Shown: piece after piece, positions 22,173 to 55,007 of the stretch
How the letters are laid out: each line of letters starts with the position of its first letter
Position numbering within the stretch: position 1 is the first letter of the stretch
Assembly: GCA_030141605.1 (NCBI GenBank)
Contig: JAQGDQ010000168.1
Coordinates: 310,001-374,000 of the forward strand
Origin: Tubiluchus corallicola
Taxonomy: Eukaryota > Animalia > Priapulida
Direction: 5' to 3'
DNA length: 64,000 nt
Made by a program: the position numbers and the translations under genes
The notes under the pieces: model-generated
What the model saw: only the letters and a program-made list of their open reading frames with translations
Told to the model about the DNA's origin: nothing
The model's database searches: none

Positions 22173-25100
22173 CCAATATATGTGGCCGTCTAATATACCC
22201 CTTTAGAGGTTGTAGGGGTCCAGATTTCGAACATGTGTGTTCTCACTCTATGAGAATAACGATATCCATTATGGCGACCGAAGGGGTGTGTGTAAATATG
22301 ATCTAGGCGCGAATTTTATAAACCGAACATCATTATTGTGTAATCTATTCTGGAGAACTGCACCGCGGTAGTGAACTCTCGCATATGCCTGGGGGCGGGT
22401 ATTCCACAAATACACTAATATACATACTGTTTAAACTTGATAGATCATACTACCCAGTTATGGCGAAGCCAGGTATTTCACTACACTTTTGTAATATTTC
22501 AGTGGGCTTCTGGTAACATACTTGTTTCTGAAGGAAAAAGCAGCTGATCGTAGAATCACTTGCGGTACAATGCTATACTTTTACTTTCATCGTTTTTGGA
22601 GGTACACTGTACAAACATTTTATATTATAACATTATATTGGACTGAATTCGACTTGGTTCGAGAGTCAGAGTGTTGAATTATATGTGCTCTGTGTCAGTG
22701 TCAGTGCCCTGACAGCAAGGCATTTTTTAATCTCGCAGTGTGATGAGCCATCTTGAATTTGCTCTTTTGATAATGTAATTAATTTTTTAACTAATGAAAT
22801 CTAATGAAATTCTTAAATACACATGTCATCCAACAGGCACAAAATGGAACGCTAAAATAACACTATAACAAGTTTTTATTATCAGCACATAAACAAAAAG
22901 GGGAGAAAAATGCAAAAAACTAACGAAAATCACATCACTAAAATACTAAATCGAAGAGCACCTGTGTCAAAAATCAAAGCTATATTGACTTCTACACGCT
23001 TTTATACTGGCATACCGGGTCAGCTGGCTTCTTACACCACGTGCAGGCCCATTAAACATCTCGATCTGCACGGATGGGGTGATTCGCTGCTAACCTGGAA
23101 GAAGGGCATGCAGAGGATTGCTGCAACAACATGAAAGAATGCGCAACTTATAGTTACAAATTTCCTTGTTTTGGATTTTGAATGTTTTTCAATAATTTTA
23201 ATTGTTGAAACACGTCATTATTAAAACTAATGTATCACTGCAAATAAATTGGTAGCTTTACGATAAGCCAAGCAATGGCATGAAGAATGGTTATAAAATT
23301 CTCTGTATAAGCGTAAATTCCACATTGGCACAAATCCCAACTTTTGCCAGTTTAGCATGAAAATAGTAATTGAATCGCTCCTTCCCTAAGATATGCGATA
23401 TTAAAATAGCATCAACATACGCGCTGATTATTTATCCAGGAAGAAACTATGCCAGGGTGATCAAAAGCTTCTGCAACCTACTTCTCACACCTAACGCAAC
23501 AATGCCTTGTTTCAACTAAAACACGGACATTTTTACTATCTTGGTCAAGCAGTAATGCTTTATGCCATTACCAGCTAAACATTAGCAGCAATAATTGCAT
23601 TAAATTGAGTGTAATTTAAAAATTGCTTCAGGTATATACAAGCAATGCACTTATGTCAGTTTTGTTTTAGGTTAACTCCAGTATACATGTTATGTTTATG
23701 GTTCTTCACTTGTTTTTATCCATTTCTTGGAGAAGGCGCCCTGTGGTTACCTGAATTAATTGGTATCGATATTTGCAAAGACAATTGGTGGAAAAACCTC
23801 TTCTATGTTGGTAACTTATGGGATACAGATGAATACCCATTGGTAAAAATCAGGAGAGCATGCACTTTTTCCTGTATTCCTAGTTTAATTGTCTCACGGA
23901 TGTGTGTGTGTGCTTGCGCATGTGTGCGGTGTTGTTGCTGAAGTTGTTTTACTTTTGCAGAAAGAAACAAAGCATTCATTTTTCTTTATTTTATGGAGAA
24001 TTTTCCGCTATTGACAGCGTATTCTCAATGTAATTGACAATTAGTATCCTAAAAATAAACAAGCAACACTGTTAAAAAATCTCAAATGAACAGGCCAATG
24101 AAATAACGCATTATAATTATGACTAATAGCTAGAGTATGCGTGCGACTACTGTAACCAAATTAACTTTAAACCTTTTTATGGAAAGGTCAAGTCTTCTGG
24201 AAAGTTAAGCTTATTTCGATGTTTGCGAAAAATGTTAGACGGGTTTAGTAATAAAAGTATGATAAGCGTCTCCTATAACTAGTAAAATCACTTTAAAGTC
24301 ATTTGTTATATTTTTCTAAGTTCATCCAGGACAGTTCAGTACAAAATATAACAAAATATAACTCTTTGTAATATAAAACACTTAAAAGCCGTTTCAGTTT
24401 TTATCACCCAATCGTAAATATATTTCGTTTTTTCAGTGTTTTGGGCATGCGTGGTATTTAATGAATGACATGCAAATGTACTGGATTTCTCCATTGATAT
24501 TAATACCGCTTCTTTTTGAGTAAGACCTTTTTCTTTATTTTGTTTGACCTCAAAAATGTTAGAACTCAGAATAATTATTTCAGGTAATTAGAACAGAAGA
24601 ATTTAAAGGACAAGAAAACCATTAACGTACATAACGAAATTCGTCTTGTAAATGCATATCACCTATATACTGTGTTATCTTGTCAATATATTTTTGGCGA
24701 ACCAGTGACGTCTTTTGGTCCAAGTGGGATAGTGAAACAGTGACGTTTTGCCTGCTGGCACGAACATTTCAAATTCTAAAGAATTTTCTTTTTCAGTTGC
24801 TTATGTCTTTCAAACAGGTCGGTGTAATGCTAAGTAATGTAACTTTTTATGCAAAGTTTTTGAGACATACTTTAAAATTGCTGTTTCTTCCCATTTGAGA
24901 AATGGACTAAATTGTTATATCTCCAGCTTTGGAACGTATTTCGCCGAGTTCACATGCTCCTCACAAGGCAAAATTTAATTAAAGTATCAAAGCAAGTGTA
25001 TAACAAAATTTAAGGTCGAAATGCTATAGATTATAAGAGAAAAAGCATACTACTTAAATAGAATTAGTGTAGCAAAAACTTCAAAACTTTTATTATTTGC

Positions 25101-26582
25101 GACTTTTGAAAAGATTTTTCAATTTAAGTGATGATTTAAGTATTCATCTGAATCAAACTACAATAAAAAAAGCAGACACGCAACAATATAACAAAAGATT
25201 ACCATTTGCGTTAAACTAAGAATGGGATTACATTAATAACCGGTATTTTTTGGAAATGTATGTAAATTTAAGTTTTAAACTTATTAATGACATCGGCACA
25301 CGTTAATTTAACACAGTAGCCAAAAAGTTTAAATTTCGATTAATGTTATTCTAGCTTCACTTGTATAATTCTGGTGTAGTATTTTCTCTGTTGTTGGTAA
25401 ATTTAAGGCTTAAAGTATCCAATGAATTTTAATAGTTATGTTGTAATTCCGTAACTGTAACTGTAGTTCTGCAACTGTTTGTAGTTCCATTTTAGACCTT
25501 AGCTAACCATTTGTTAGTTTTCTGTTTTATGCTGCATGTAGTATTAAGGAAGAGCATAAGCAAGCAACCTGCATGATCTACATTTCACTCGCACAATTAT
25601 GTCAATTCTTGTATTCATTTGATATATGAGTTGAACAACTGAGTCTGCTGAAAAGTCGTAAACAACGACAAAAAGGTACAAGAGGGTCTCACTGTTCCAT
25701 TGGAGAAGCTACTTCTTTTGAAATCTACTGTCTCCTGACTACAAATTGTAGTGTGCTTGTGCTTGCTTTGTCTCGTATAACTGTTTATTCAGAAAAATTA
25801 CAACCTGTATAGAAAATAGCCACATTTCATAATCTCTAAACTGCGTTTCTGTATGCTAGATTAGCTCTTTTCTGGCCAAACCTGTAAATAATATTTTCTT
25901 AATTAAGCTACGACGTTAAAGATCTTTAACATTAGTAAAACGTTAATAATAAATTAATAAATTCTTAGCTTTTCGCTGTTAATATTCATCTATCTCTTGT
26001 TCACAATTGTCAAATTTTCTAGTTTGGGATGCATCACAACACCATTACAGTTTGCTGCATTTCTAGTATCAGAGGGATGACTGAATTGTTTTTGAATGCT
26101 GTTTAAATAGCAAATTATTATTATTATTTTTAGTTGGTTGTACGTTGGAATTGGTGGGATAATTCTTCTCATAGTCACTCACATTGCTTCAACTATTGCA
26201 ATTGATCTAAAGAATGATTTCGCTCCGTAAGTGATTCAGTTTATTATAAATGCATTGTTTTGCTCTCTTGTCAACTAACCTCAGCCTCTCAGGTAGTTTT
26301 TATCAATTCTAAATTACAGTAGATTTCTTAGTTCCTCGTGAACATTGAGGACCTGTGAAGTCCGCAATGTTTGCCAGACAAGAAGATATTTTTCTTTATC
26401 TCTGCAGAAACACGTGATTTCAATACGCTTTTGAAAGTGGTCTTACATCATAAGTCCTTTGCAATTAACAATTAGCATCTGCGTCAATTGTACGATGATA
26501 TGTCAGAGAAACGTGTTTTATGTGGCGTTCAAAAAAAAACCAAAATATATTCTTGTGTGACACCCACATCCACATCCACACA

Positions 26583-26621
<39 letters not shown>

Positions 26622-28930
26622 CACACACACACACACACGCACCAATATTAGGCTACCTAAAATATAGCAGTGTGTTTTTATTATAGATTCCAAAGTGACT
26701 GGTCAATTTATGTGAAGCCATGGTGCAGAATTGGAGTGTATGCTATAGGAATGGGACTTGGATACATTCTATATAAAACAAAACTAAAAGTCAAACTCCG
26801 AAAGGTTTTAATTTCTCTGTGAATTAAATAGTTAAACATGAAAAGTATATTAGTAAAGTAGCAGTTATAATAATCCATGCAGATACACAAATATGCAAAG
26901 TATTTTAAGCGAACACAGTAGCTGTTGAATCTAATTGAATCTAAGTGGTGTTCAGGGTAAAACGTTATCATCCGATTTCTGTCAACTATATTTTGTCCAT
27001 TAAGCGATGGTAATTATCGAGGGCCTAACATTATCATGCTGCCAGTATATGCTGAGATCTGGCATAAAAATGTTAATTTATCTAGTGGCAAGTTGCATGT
27101 GGCTGGATTATGGCTGGATTTTTGTGCTTGGCTCCATTATTCGCGTCATATCCTTACAATCAAGATCTCCTAAATGGCATCGAGCAACCTTGGTCTCCAG
27201 CAAAGGGAGTGTTTTACGATTCCTGCTCCAGAATATCTTGGGGTGTTGGCGTGGCCATCATCATCTTTATCTGCATCAATGGCTATGGAGGTGATACAAA
27301 TTTATTATGTGTTATCATTTAGCATATTTTATTATTCTCTCAAAGTACACTATGAGTAGTATAGCTTCAGAAAACGGTAGAAATAACTCAAAAATAGCAA
27401 TAGCAACCAAAACTGTATGCGTTTGCGACACGTTACATGACCTCCAACACATGTAAATCGACGAGCTTCCTGTTACCGTTGTTGCACATGTACTGGGTAT
27501 TTTTGTTTATCTTTTCAAATACTTTTAGTAAACAATGTGGACTTGTAAACAGTATGTAGTAGTACAATACTGAAAATTTTTGCCCTAGACAACAAAGAAA
27601 CAACCCATTTAATTCTGTTGTCATAAATGTGCTTTTTTGTTTCGTATTAGGTACAATGTAATCGTTTATACAATGTTGCTGCTTTATATATTTGCAGGGC
27701 TGTTAGAATGAAAATTTTCGGTAGCAACCGGTAGTAACACTCGAAACCTGCCAAATGTTTTGTGACATTTCCACTACAGCTCAGTATTACACAAAATATA
27801 CAAAATCAGTATTGTAATAAAAATACAGTACACAAAAGGTTCATATCGTAATGCTCACAGCTCTGTTGAGTTAATCGTCAGAAAGAAGGCGCTTAATACG
27901 TTTGTTTCCTGTTTGTCTCGCTGTTATGTCAACAATTAGGTGCTTCATTAACATAAGAGAATTATATTTACAGTACTTCTTACAATAACAGTAAAAATGG
28001 TTATCATTGTTGCCCTATCTCAGGCTGTCAACATAGAAAAGTTACAGTAGAATATGTACATTTTAGAATTCTTGCACCGTGTTTTATACTGCCACAGTGC
28101 ACACCAATTTTAGCATGAGCATTCCAAGGGTTTCTGGTTTTTAGGACAGCTAATATCCTTGATTTCTTTGTATTTCAATTTGCGATCTTTTTTCCCTTCA
28201 ACGCTTTTATTTAGATTACGAATTTTTACGATACGTTTGCCCAAAATTTAGGTTTGATGTAACAGTTACTGTTACTGAAGTCTCTTAGGCCCTCTTCTTA
28301 AGCAATTTTGGAGTTAAATGAGGTCAAAGTCAGCAAGTATCATTTAATTGAAATTAAATTAGAGAGAAGAAAGAGATACTATGGTCCATAGGATGTGCTT
28401 TACACAAACGAGCAAAAGAACAAACAAGTTAACGAACAAGCAAACACAAACTAAACATTAGGTGAGTGAATGAACAATTAACAACATCACTAATTTTATT
28501 TTGACAGGTATAGTGAATACGATGCTGTCATGGAAAGCTCTCATTCCTTTAGCACGATTATCATACTGCGCATATTTAATCCATCCAACAATCCAAGGAG
28601 CATTTTACCAAAGCAGACATCGGCCAGTCTATTATGATCATTCATCTATGGTAATAACTTTTTTGTCTTATCTGAAACACATGATATTAAATTAGTTTTC
28701 TCAACGAGATCCCCGGCAAAAAAGTCATAGGAGATTGTGCGTCACAAACTAGAGTGGTTCCTAGTAAAATTGCCTTTGCTTTATATTGGCTTTTTTTATT
28801 ATTTTTTCAGGTGATGTACTTTTTCGCATCTATGGTCATGAGCTTTATGGTTTCAGTTGTTATTTCACTTGCATTTGAATCACCCATGATTGCACTAGAA
28901 AAATTCGTACTTGGGAAAAGTAAAAAGTGA
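14767..28930 (+). CDS. nrf-6: NRF-6/OACYL-like membrane O-acyltransferase (signal peptide + NRF domain + acyltransferase-3 domain), paralogue B, ~817 aa
   Basis: Fifteen phase-compatible exons: 14767-15115, 15447-15610, 16418-16550, 19568-19652, 19957-20384, 20504-20671, 21393-21486, 22503-22601, 23671-23842, 24437-24519, 26134-26226, 26687-26804, 27086-27290, 28508-28650, 28811-28930 (TGA); 2454 nt, open throughout. Hydrophobic N-terminus; NRF-domain motifs WALAFLDAMGKPESGMLEGSLTWIGSHEVC and GICIPDTCS; same acyltransferase motifs as paralogue A. AATAAA at 29079. Confidence 0.94.
15692..15971. mobile_element. Penelope-like element remnant: ~50-bp inverted repeats enclosing a minimal hammerhead core
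   Basis: 15692-15742 is approximately the reverse complement of 15921-15971, which contains AATAAA. Hammerhead core on the minus strand at 15773-15741. Confidence 0.55.
15738..15778 (-). ncRNA. Minimal type I hammerhead ribozyme motif (Penelope-type), possibly degenerate
   Basis: CTGATGA-T-GACAG-caatagt-CTGTC-GAAAC-GTT: intact core, 5-bp stem II and palindromic AACGTT stem III. Stem I is weak. Confidence 0.55.
17990..19130. repeat. Foldback-like pair of degenerate ~15-bp subrepeat arrays (17990-18115 and 19030-19130, inverted)
   Basis: The left arm repeats TTTC(C/G)CAGAAAA-like units and the right arm repeats TTT(T/C)C(T/C)GG(G/C)AAA-like units. Confidence 0.4.
18316..18388 (+). mobile_element. 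5S rRNA-derived SINE-like fragment
   Basis: GAAGTTAAGCAACGCCAAGCCTGG...GGGAGACCGCTTAGGAATA resembles the 3' half of 5S rRNA (box A to box C). Too diverged and truncated to be a 5S gene. Confidence 0.55.
21581..22485 (+). mobile_element. Possible HINE/DINE-like element carrying a (TA)n tract
   Basis: Starts TTATACCTAAGC and ends GGCGAAGCCAGGTATTT (imperfect sub-TIRs). Internal (TA)n and repeated ATGGCGRCC motifs. No counterpart seen in the equivalent intron of paralogue A. Confidence 0.4.
22095..22149. repeat. (TA)n microsatellite
   Basis: Read directly from the sequence. Confidence 0.97.
26560..26642. repeat. (CA)n microsatellite
   Basis: Read directly; paralogue A has only a short CACACACATATATAT at the homologous site (~7036-7050). 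Confidence 0.92.
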
Positions 28931-29684
28931 AACACATGGTTTTAAGAAAATGGGTTAACTTTGCGAACTCATTCTTGACATACAAATACAAACAGATCAT
29001 GATCTTGTCTGTGATGATCATACAAAATACGTGTTTGAAATGCCAACAAAAATTCTTTTTGGAACAAAATAATTTACGAATAAAAAGTATTTTTAAATAT
29101 TATATTATTTCATTTTATTTTATTATAATTATATTGTTTGAGATATCATACAAATTTACTTACATCTTTGATATCATATATTTCACTTAGAAGAAACTGC
29201 AATACGTAGTGCACAATTCAGTTCACACTCTAATAATTTGAAATTGACAATTCTAATTCTGCCACTAGATGTCACCACAAACGCGTAAAGTTTTAAGCTA
29301 GAAACCCAATGTTGACCGTGGTAATTCCATTAATTATTCAAATAACAAATTAGATCAAACATTTTAATTTATTTAGTTGACAGACGATATCTATACATCA
29401 CATTTCGCGTATCAGCCACACATTATTGATTTTTGCTTTTACATAAACAGGCGACATAAATTATACTTTTTCTGAAACGATATTGTATGGAAAACAGCTC
29501 TTGGTAACGCATTATGACTTTATGAGTACATTACTTGACACAATAACAAGTTTGTTTATTTGTATCAAATCTTTAACCCGGCGTCTTTATCACTTTTTAT
29601 ACACTTCGTCGTTTCCATGACAAAAATCAGTTTCAGTATTTCAAGATGTTTACACGCAGAAAAAGCTAAGAAGACTAAAACTAC

Positions 29685-49240
<19,556 letters not shown>

Positions 49241-50489
49241 TACGTGGACATATCGGGAAGCTGTATCATTGTAGTTTTTCTTTTTCAGTCTTTCCAACTA
49301 TCCTAATGACTTTCACTGATCATTCGGTAATCAATCATTTTACAGTGACAATCATTTGGTAATTTAATTACAATCATTAACTTCGATAGTTTTCCACTCA
49401 CGGGCATTTAATAATAAATGCCCTTCATTTTTTCGTTTAGAGTAACTAATAAATTATTATTATTTTCTTTTAAGCCGTAATACACACACACACACACCTA
49501 TATAAAGTCATTTTGCAAATTTGGTTCAGTAACGCACACAATTAATGCAAATCGCACCCAAAAAACTGTTTATCATAAAACCGATCGCAGTCAAGGCATC
49601 CCTGGCAGTTCATTAGCCATCGATATCTTCTTTATCTGCTGCTGAACGAAGCTTCTATCTGCTTGACAGCGTGGTTATCTACTTGACAACACGTTGATGC
49701 TGCTAAGATCTGCAAGGGGTGTACCGCTTCACATGGTAGCCCAATGTTGGCAGCTTGTTGTACGCGTCTACCTCCCAAGAAACAGCTTCATCCATAGTAA
49801 GAGCAGGACGAGAAAACGTGTGTAAGTGGGGGTGAGAACAGAAACTTTAACAGATGGTAAATAAAATGCATCGGCAATTATCATTAGCGTTAGCATTATC
49901 ACTGGGATGCAATTTTTCTTACTCTGGAATTTGGGTAATATTATCACAAAATTAATCTGAAACAGAAAGTAGATTAATTATAGCACATCATCATCCCCAT
50001 TCTTACTGGCAGCTGGACCGGTTAGAGTCTAGGTAAGGAAAGAAACTTTAAGCTGAGCAACTCTGGTTCAAAGCTGCAGCTAAAGTGCTACAAAGCTTGC
50101 AAATGATAGCGATCCACATTCGCTCTCTACAAAAAATCTTTACTGAATTGAATTTGTACTTTTTAAAGCTGCGGAGTCAACCACTTAAAAATTTTGTCAT
50201 TTCAAAAATAGTTTGTAAACTCATTGCAGCTTTTAAAAATTATTAATTAATTTTTATTAATTATTTATTAAAAGAAGTCTTTATTAATCAAAAATACTCT
50301 TAAATTTTTGTAAATGATAAAACACAATAATTACAAATTTATTATAGACAATAAATTTACTACTGTTACCGCTGCTACTACTGCTCCTCCTCCTCCTCCT
50401 ACTACTACTACTACTACTCTCGCAGCCCACAGTTAGTTAAAAGAAAATCGTTTTTGCAACAAAAAACCTTGCAACCAAATCCGATTTGT

Positions 50490-50590
50490 CAGGAAGAATA
50501 CTGCGTTGGTAGAACGCTTGTTTTTATCCAGCATGTCGCGAGTTCAAATCCCGTCTGTTTCACACCAAAGGTTTAATAATTGGTACAAAA
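50490..50590 (+). mobile_element. tRNA-derived SINE fragment
   Basis: A-box-like GCGTTGGTAGA and B-box GAGTTCAAATCC at tRNA-like spacing, followed by CACACCAAAG...AATTGGTAC. No complete cloverleaf. Confidence 0.5.
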
Positions 50591-50898
50591 GCACGCATAC
50601 AGATTTATGCATATCCAGACAACTTGTGGACAGTAGTTGTGTACGTCTAATTACATTTGTAATCGTTTTTCACACTGCTTCGTTTATAGGGAATTTAAAT
50701 AAAACTTTCAACTTTTAATGACAGCATTTTTATGACTTTAATACCCTTGTGTGATTAATTTTATTTTGGACGAAATATCGGTTTTTTTTAATTTACACTA
50801 AATCACACATTAATTTACACATGTACAATATTATATTGCCACTAAATGGTTAACACATGATTTTGTGCTAAACCGGATGTCAACAAGTTTTACTTTAA

Positions 50899-51455
50899 AG
50901 AAAAGGACAAGTCACTAAGTATATTGGTTTTATTTTATTCACTTAAACTTACAAAAATATGACAAAGAAATTTGCAAAAAACTGTCTATAAAGCATAAAG
51001 CTAATTATATAAAGCTAATGAAGCTAACTATCGCTGCACAGAAATTTTCAAGTGCGGTGGTAGCTGCCATTTTCTTGAAAATTAAGACGCAAGTGCTGGA
51101 CTTGGTGACTGATCGTAGCGCATCGCAGCTTTCCGTGGGCACGCGCGGCTTCAGTTAATTCAGACTTCTTCAGCTTATCTAATGTTCATGCAAAAATATC
51201 ACAAAATTAAGTATCTCACTTTTTGTAAAAACTTATTAAACGTTTGATGGAAATTGACAGTGCGCTGCGCTACTTTCCTTTATTTGATGAACGACGTCAT
51301 TGGTGGAAGAATCGGCGTTCAAAATGGGAGCGTCCAAGCGTAAAATGATCACAACTTTCAACTGATTTTACTAATTACACAAGACGCTCACCACACCTTT
51401 GTTACTAAATCCTTCTAAGCCCTACTTCCTAGAATGCTTGCAATTGGCCTTTCCT
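50899..51455. mobile_element. TTAA-flanked MITE, Kolobok/T2-like
   Basis: TTAA|AGAAAAGGACAA at the left end and TTGGCCTTTCCT|TTAA at the right end (10/12 TIR). AG termini inside TTAA fit Kolobok. Confidence 0.6.
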
Positions 51456-51621
51456 TTAAAATCGCAAGGACCTCTATAACTAACGTTATAACTTTAGTCC
51501 TAAGTCCTTGATACATGCAACTTAACCTCTACGCCAAACGCTCACAATAAGAAAGAACTATGGTAACTCAGTCATGTACATTTGTAATACAAGATTGTCA
51601 ATTTTAAAGCACGGAATATAT

Positions 51622-51772
51622 TTGTAAATTAATACACATCAAGCTCTCATAAGGAACATAAACCTCAAATCACTATTCCACAAATGTTGATTTGTGAATT
51701 CTTGTAAATTAATACACATCAAGCTCTCATAAGGGACATAAACCTCTAATCACTATTCCACAAATGTTGATT
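51622..51772. repeat. Direct duplication of ~71 bp with 80-bp period
   Basis: TTGTAAATTAATACACATCAAGCTCTCATAAGG...CACTATTCCACAAATGTTGATT occurs at 51622 and 51702 with 2 mismatches. Confidence 0.93.
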
Positions 51773-54134
51773 ATGGTACTGCTTTTTTTATTTTTGATGT
51801 CGAGTGGCGCAGAAAAAATGTACCGAAGTGATATTAGAAGCGAGTGGTGTACAAACTTGAAATTTCGCAGCATGATATTACAAAACATTAACTTTTGGCT
51901 GTGAGTTGCAAGTTCGGTCAAACTTCGTTATACCGCCCCCCCCCCCCACAATGCCATGCTCACTTAACGCTCAAATTTTTAGCAGAGCAAAATGTCTGTA
52001 TTTGCGTAGATATGCATGTATTTTTGCAATTCGTTATAATGCCAAACTCGCTTCACGCCAGCTTTTTCTGTCCAAAAGTGAGCAGTACAAAGAGGTTTGA
52101 CTGTTTATAGTTTTGGTGAGTTTCAAGTTACGACCGAAAATCGTTTACACATTAAAAATCAACTGAAGTAACAGCCACGTGTTGTGACGCACAACTTGAT
52201 ATGCACAATTTAATATAACTATAAAGCACGCAATACATGGTACAAAACAATAAAGGAATCAATTTTACAATATGGTCATCACCACAGGAAATAAAACAAT
52301 GATAAAGATTTGTTGCCAAGAAAAAATGGAACTTAATTCTCTGGATTACGGCATTTGGAATTCCCTTAACAGAAAGTGTGCAATAGCCGTTTGATAACGC
52401 CTTTATTTAGTTGGCAGTGAAAATGGTTGACACATAGAGCACGTGCTCTAAATTTTAGCGAATCTTTTTCTGGCATTTATTTTTTTGACTTGTATTAAAA
52501 CTTGTCTTTTCTAGAGAATGACTCAAAATTTATACATAAGTATCTCACTCTATCTGTATCAGCGTCGCAATTTTCAACTGATTTGTTATTTTCTTCTAAA
52601 GTTAAGTGTGACAAAACTCCGGCACATTTTTGTGCCACCTGATATAATAAATACTGACAGCGACGCACATCCCAGCCACAGTGATGCTCTCTCCCTCCCT
52701 CCCTCTCTCTCTCTCGAGCTGCTTTCCTTCTCTTCCAACTGCTCCCACTGCTTTCCGTGTAGTACCAATGGAATTCATTTGCTAACTAGCATACCACTAT
52801 TATAAATTAGCGTACGCTTACTATCAATTAGCTGTATGAGTTATACCTAAAGTTCCACATTCATTTGCACACTGATGACACGTTAACGAAATGTTGAATC
52901 TTTCCTTATGCTGAGTGAGTCCCACATTTATAATAAAAATTGTAGATCCTTGTTGAAACAGTGCTGCACATGATGCATTTCAATTCGGGATCCCAAGTCC
53001 AGGCACTCAAGTGACTCAAGCAGTTTTCACGACTCGTGTAAAAGTGGACCGCTTCTTTTGATAGCTCACAAACATGACTAACCTTGTATTAAATGCAAAA
53101 AGCATTGCATGAACCACACCAGGCCAGGACAAGCCTTGAACTTACCGAGATTGTAAACAATCCTCTTTTACACAATTCGGTATCTTGCAACCTGATATCC
53201 AGCCCAAATCAGCAAGGCGAATGAAATCGCCCAGAGAGAATCGACGTGACATAAAATATTATGGTCTTTGAAATATTTTGAAATCATACGGATTTTACAT
53301 CGTTCACATTGCATTTTTTCCATACTTTGCCTTCCACTTTTGGAAATTAACAAAAATTGTATTGGACATTGGGCAAATTGGCATAATCAGAGGGCATAAA
53401 ATTTGGCTGTCGATAGATCAGAAGCCAGGTTGTTGTGGAATTAATACAGCTAAATGTACTAGAAACTGATTATAGTATTTCAAAAAAACATTTGTGTACA
53501 AAAAAATTTTTAAATCCTTTATCACAAAAACATCCGTTTCATAAACCCACTTTAAAATAAAATTTAAAATTTTTATTAGGAAAATCCAACATGCAAAAAG
53601 CGTTTCTTCTTTGGTGAGTTTTCTAACAAAACTTTAATGAAAGTATTAAATAAATAGTGTTACTTATGAACTTTTTCTACAAACATTCTAATATTACTGA
53701 ATTTTGGCTTCAAGGGGTTACACTGCTTCAATTAAGATTTTGGCCACAAAGTGCAATTAATGATTTCACAATTTTATCCCATTCTTGAATTACAGCCAGC
53801 ATGAGAGGAGTAATTAAGCATTTTCACAGTAGGTGCTGGGCTATAAAAAAGAGGCACAGTAATCCCCTACGATTCTATTAAGTGAGAATAATATACTCAC
53901 ATAGAATTGTCTAGGAAAAACTGTGTACTTGTTGAAAACATAATTATATATTATCTGCTGAGCTGCTGTGCAATTTAAATTTAGAAATAAAAAAATTTAT
54001 TTGCTACAGTACATTAAATGTAAAATGCTAAAAACTAAGATGTGTGTATATAAGTATATTACAGTTGACACACATAAAATGTAAATACAGCAAAAATTTG
54101 TTATAATTATAAAAATCAGTGACACCATTGGCTG

Positions 54135-54944
54135 TTATTTGGACATGGCCATGATCTGAGCAACATCTGCAATATAAAAATACATATTTTACTGAAAAAC
54201 TAGAAAATAATATAAGCATATGAAAATCTGAAACAGAAAAATGTCAGAAAACAGAAATTAAATTGTGCTAGCATATCAATCCTTTCTTTAAATTTGTAAG
54301 TTACGTGTAAGCCTTAGTACAGGTGACACAATTTTCAAGAAAAAATTTTGAGGAAATACTGCCAACTTCACTGACAGTGGAGGTGACACACTAACGATTT
54401 TATCGAAAAAGTGGCAGGAAAACACTGTCAAACTTAGCTGACGACTTTTTTGTTACACTGCTATTCCAACGATACACAAAATTTTTGTTGATAACGTGGA
54501 GGCAATTATTTCTGATTCTCAATTCTTAAAGAAATTGCGGACTGTACGTATTCAAAGATGAAATTGTAATACTTACGTTCAAATTCAATTTTTTCAGTAA
54601 TATTTTTGGTCTTGATGATTTCTTCCTGATTAGCAATATAAATGTGGTCGCCACCTTCTTTCCAGCCATATTTAGTCATCCATTGTTTTAAATTGGCATC
54701 TTTAAGAAAATAAGTAAATCTAATGCACTGTGAAACAGCATTTTTGACAAGTTTGACTACGTGAAACCATATTTAAAATATTTATTTATTATAAAATGTG
54801 ACACACCACATTTTATTATTAGGATAATCACAACTCCTAGAAGTTCGATCCCTTTAAAGACAGACTAGCCTACTTCATTTTTACACTTTCATACAATTTC
54901 ACACAAAAAAATGTGCTTTACTTGCTTTACTTGCATTTAACCTG

Positions 54945-55007
<63 letters not shown>

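Noticed and set aside
50490-50560. tRNA gene
   Set aside because: A/B-box-like motifs are present but there is no acceptor or anticodon stem; treated as a SINE head.
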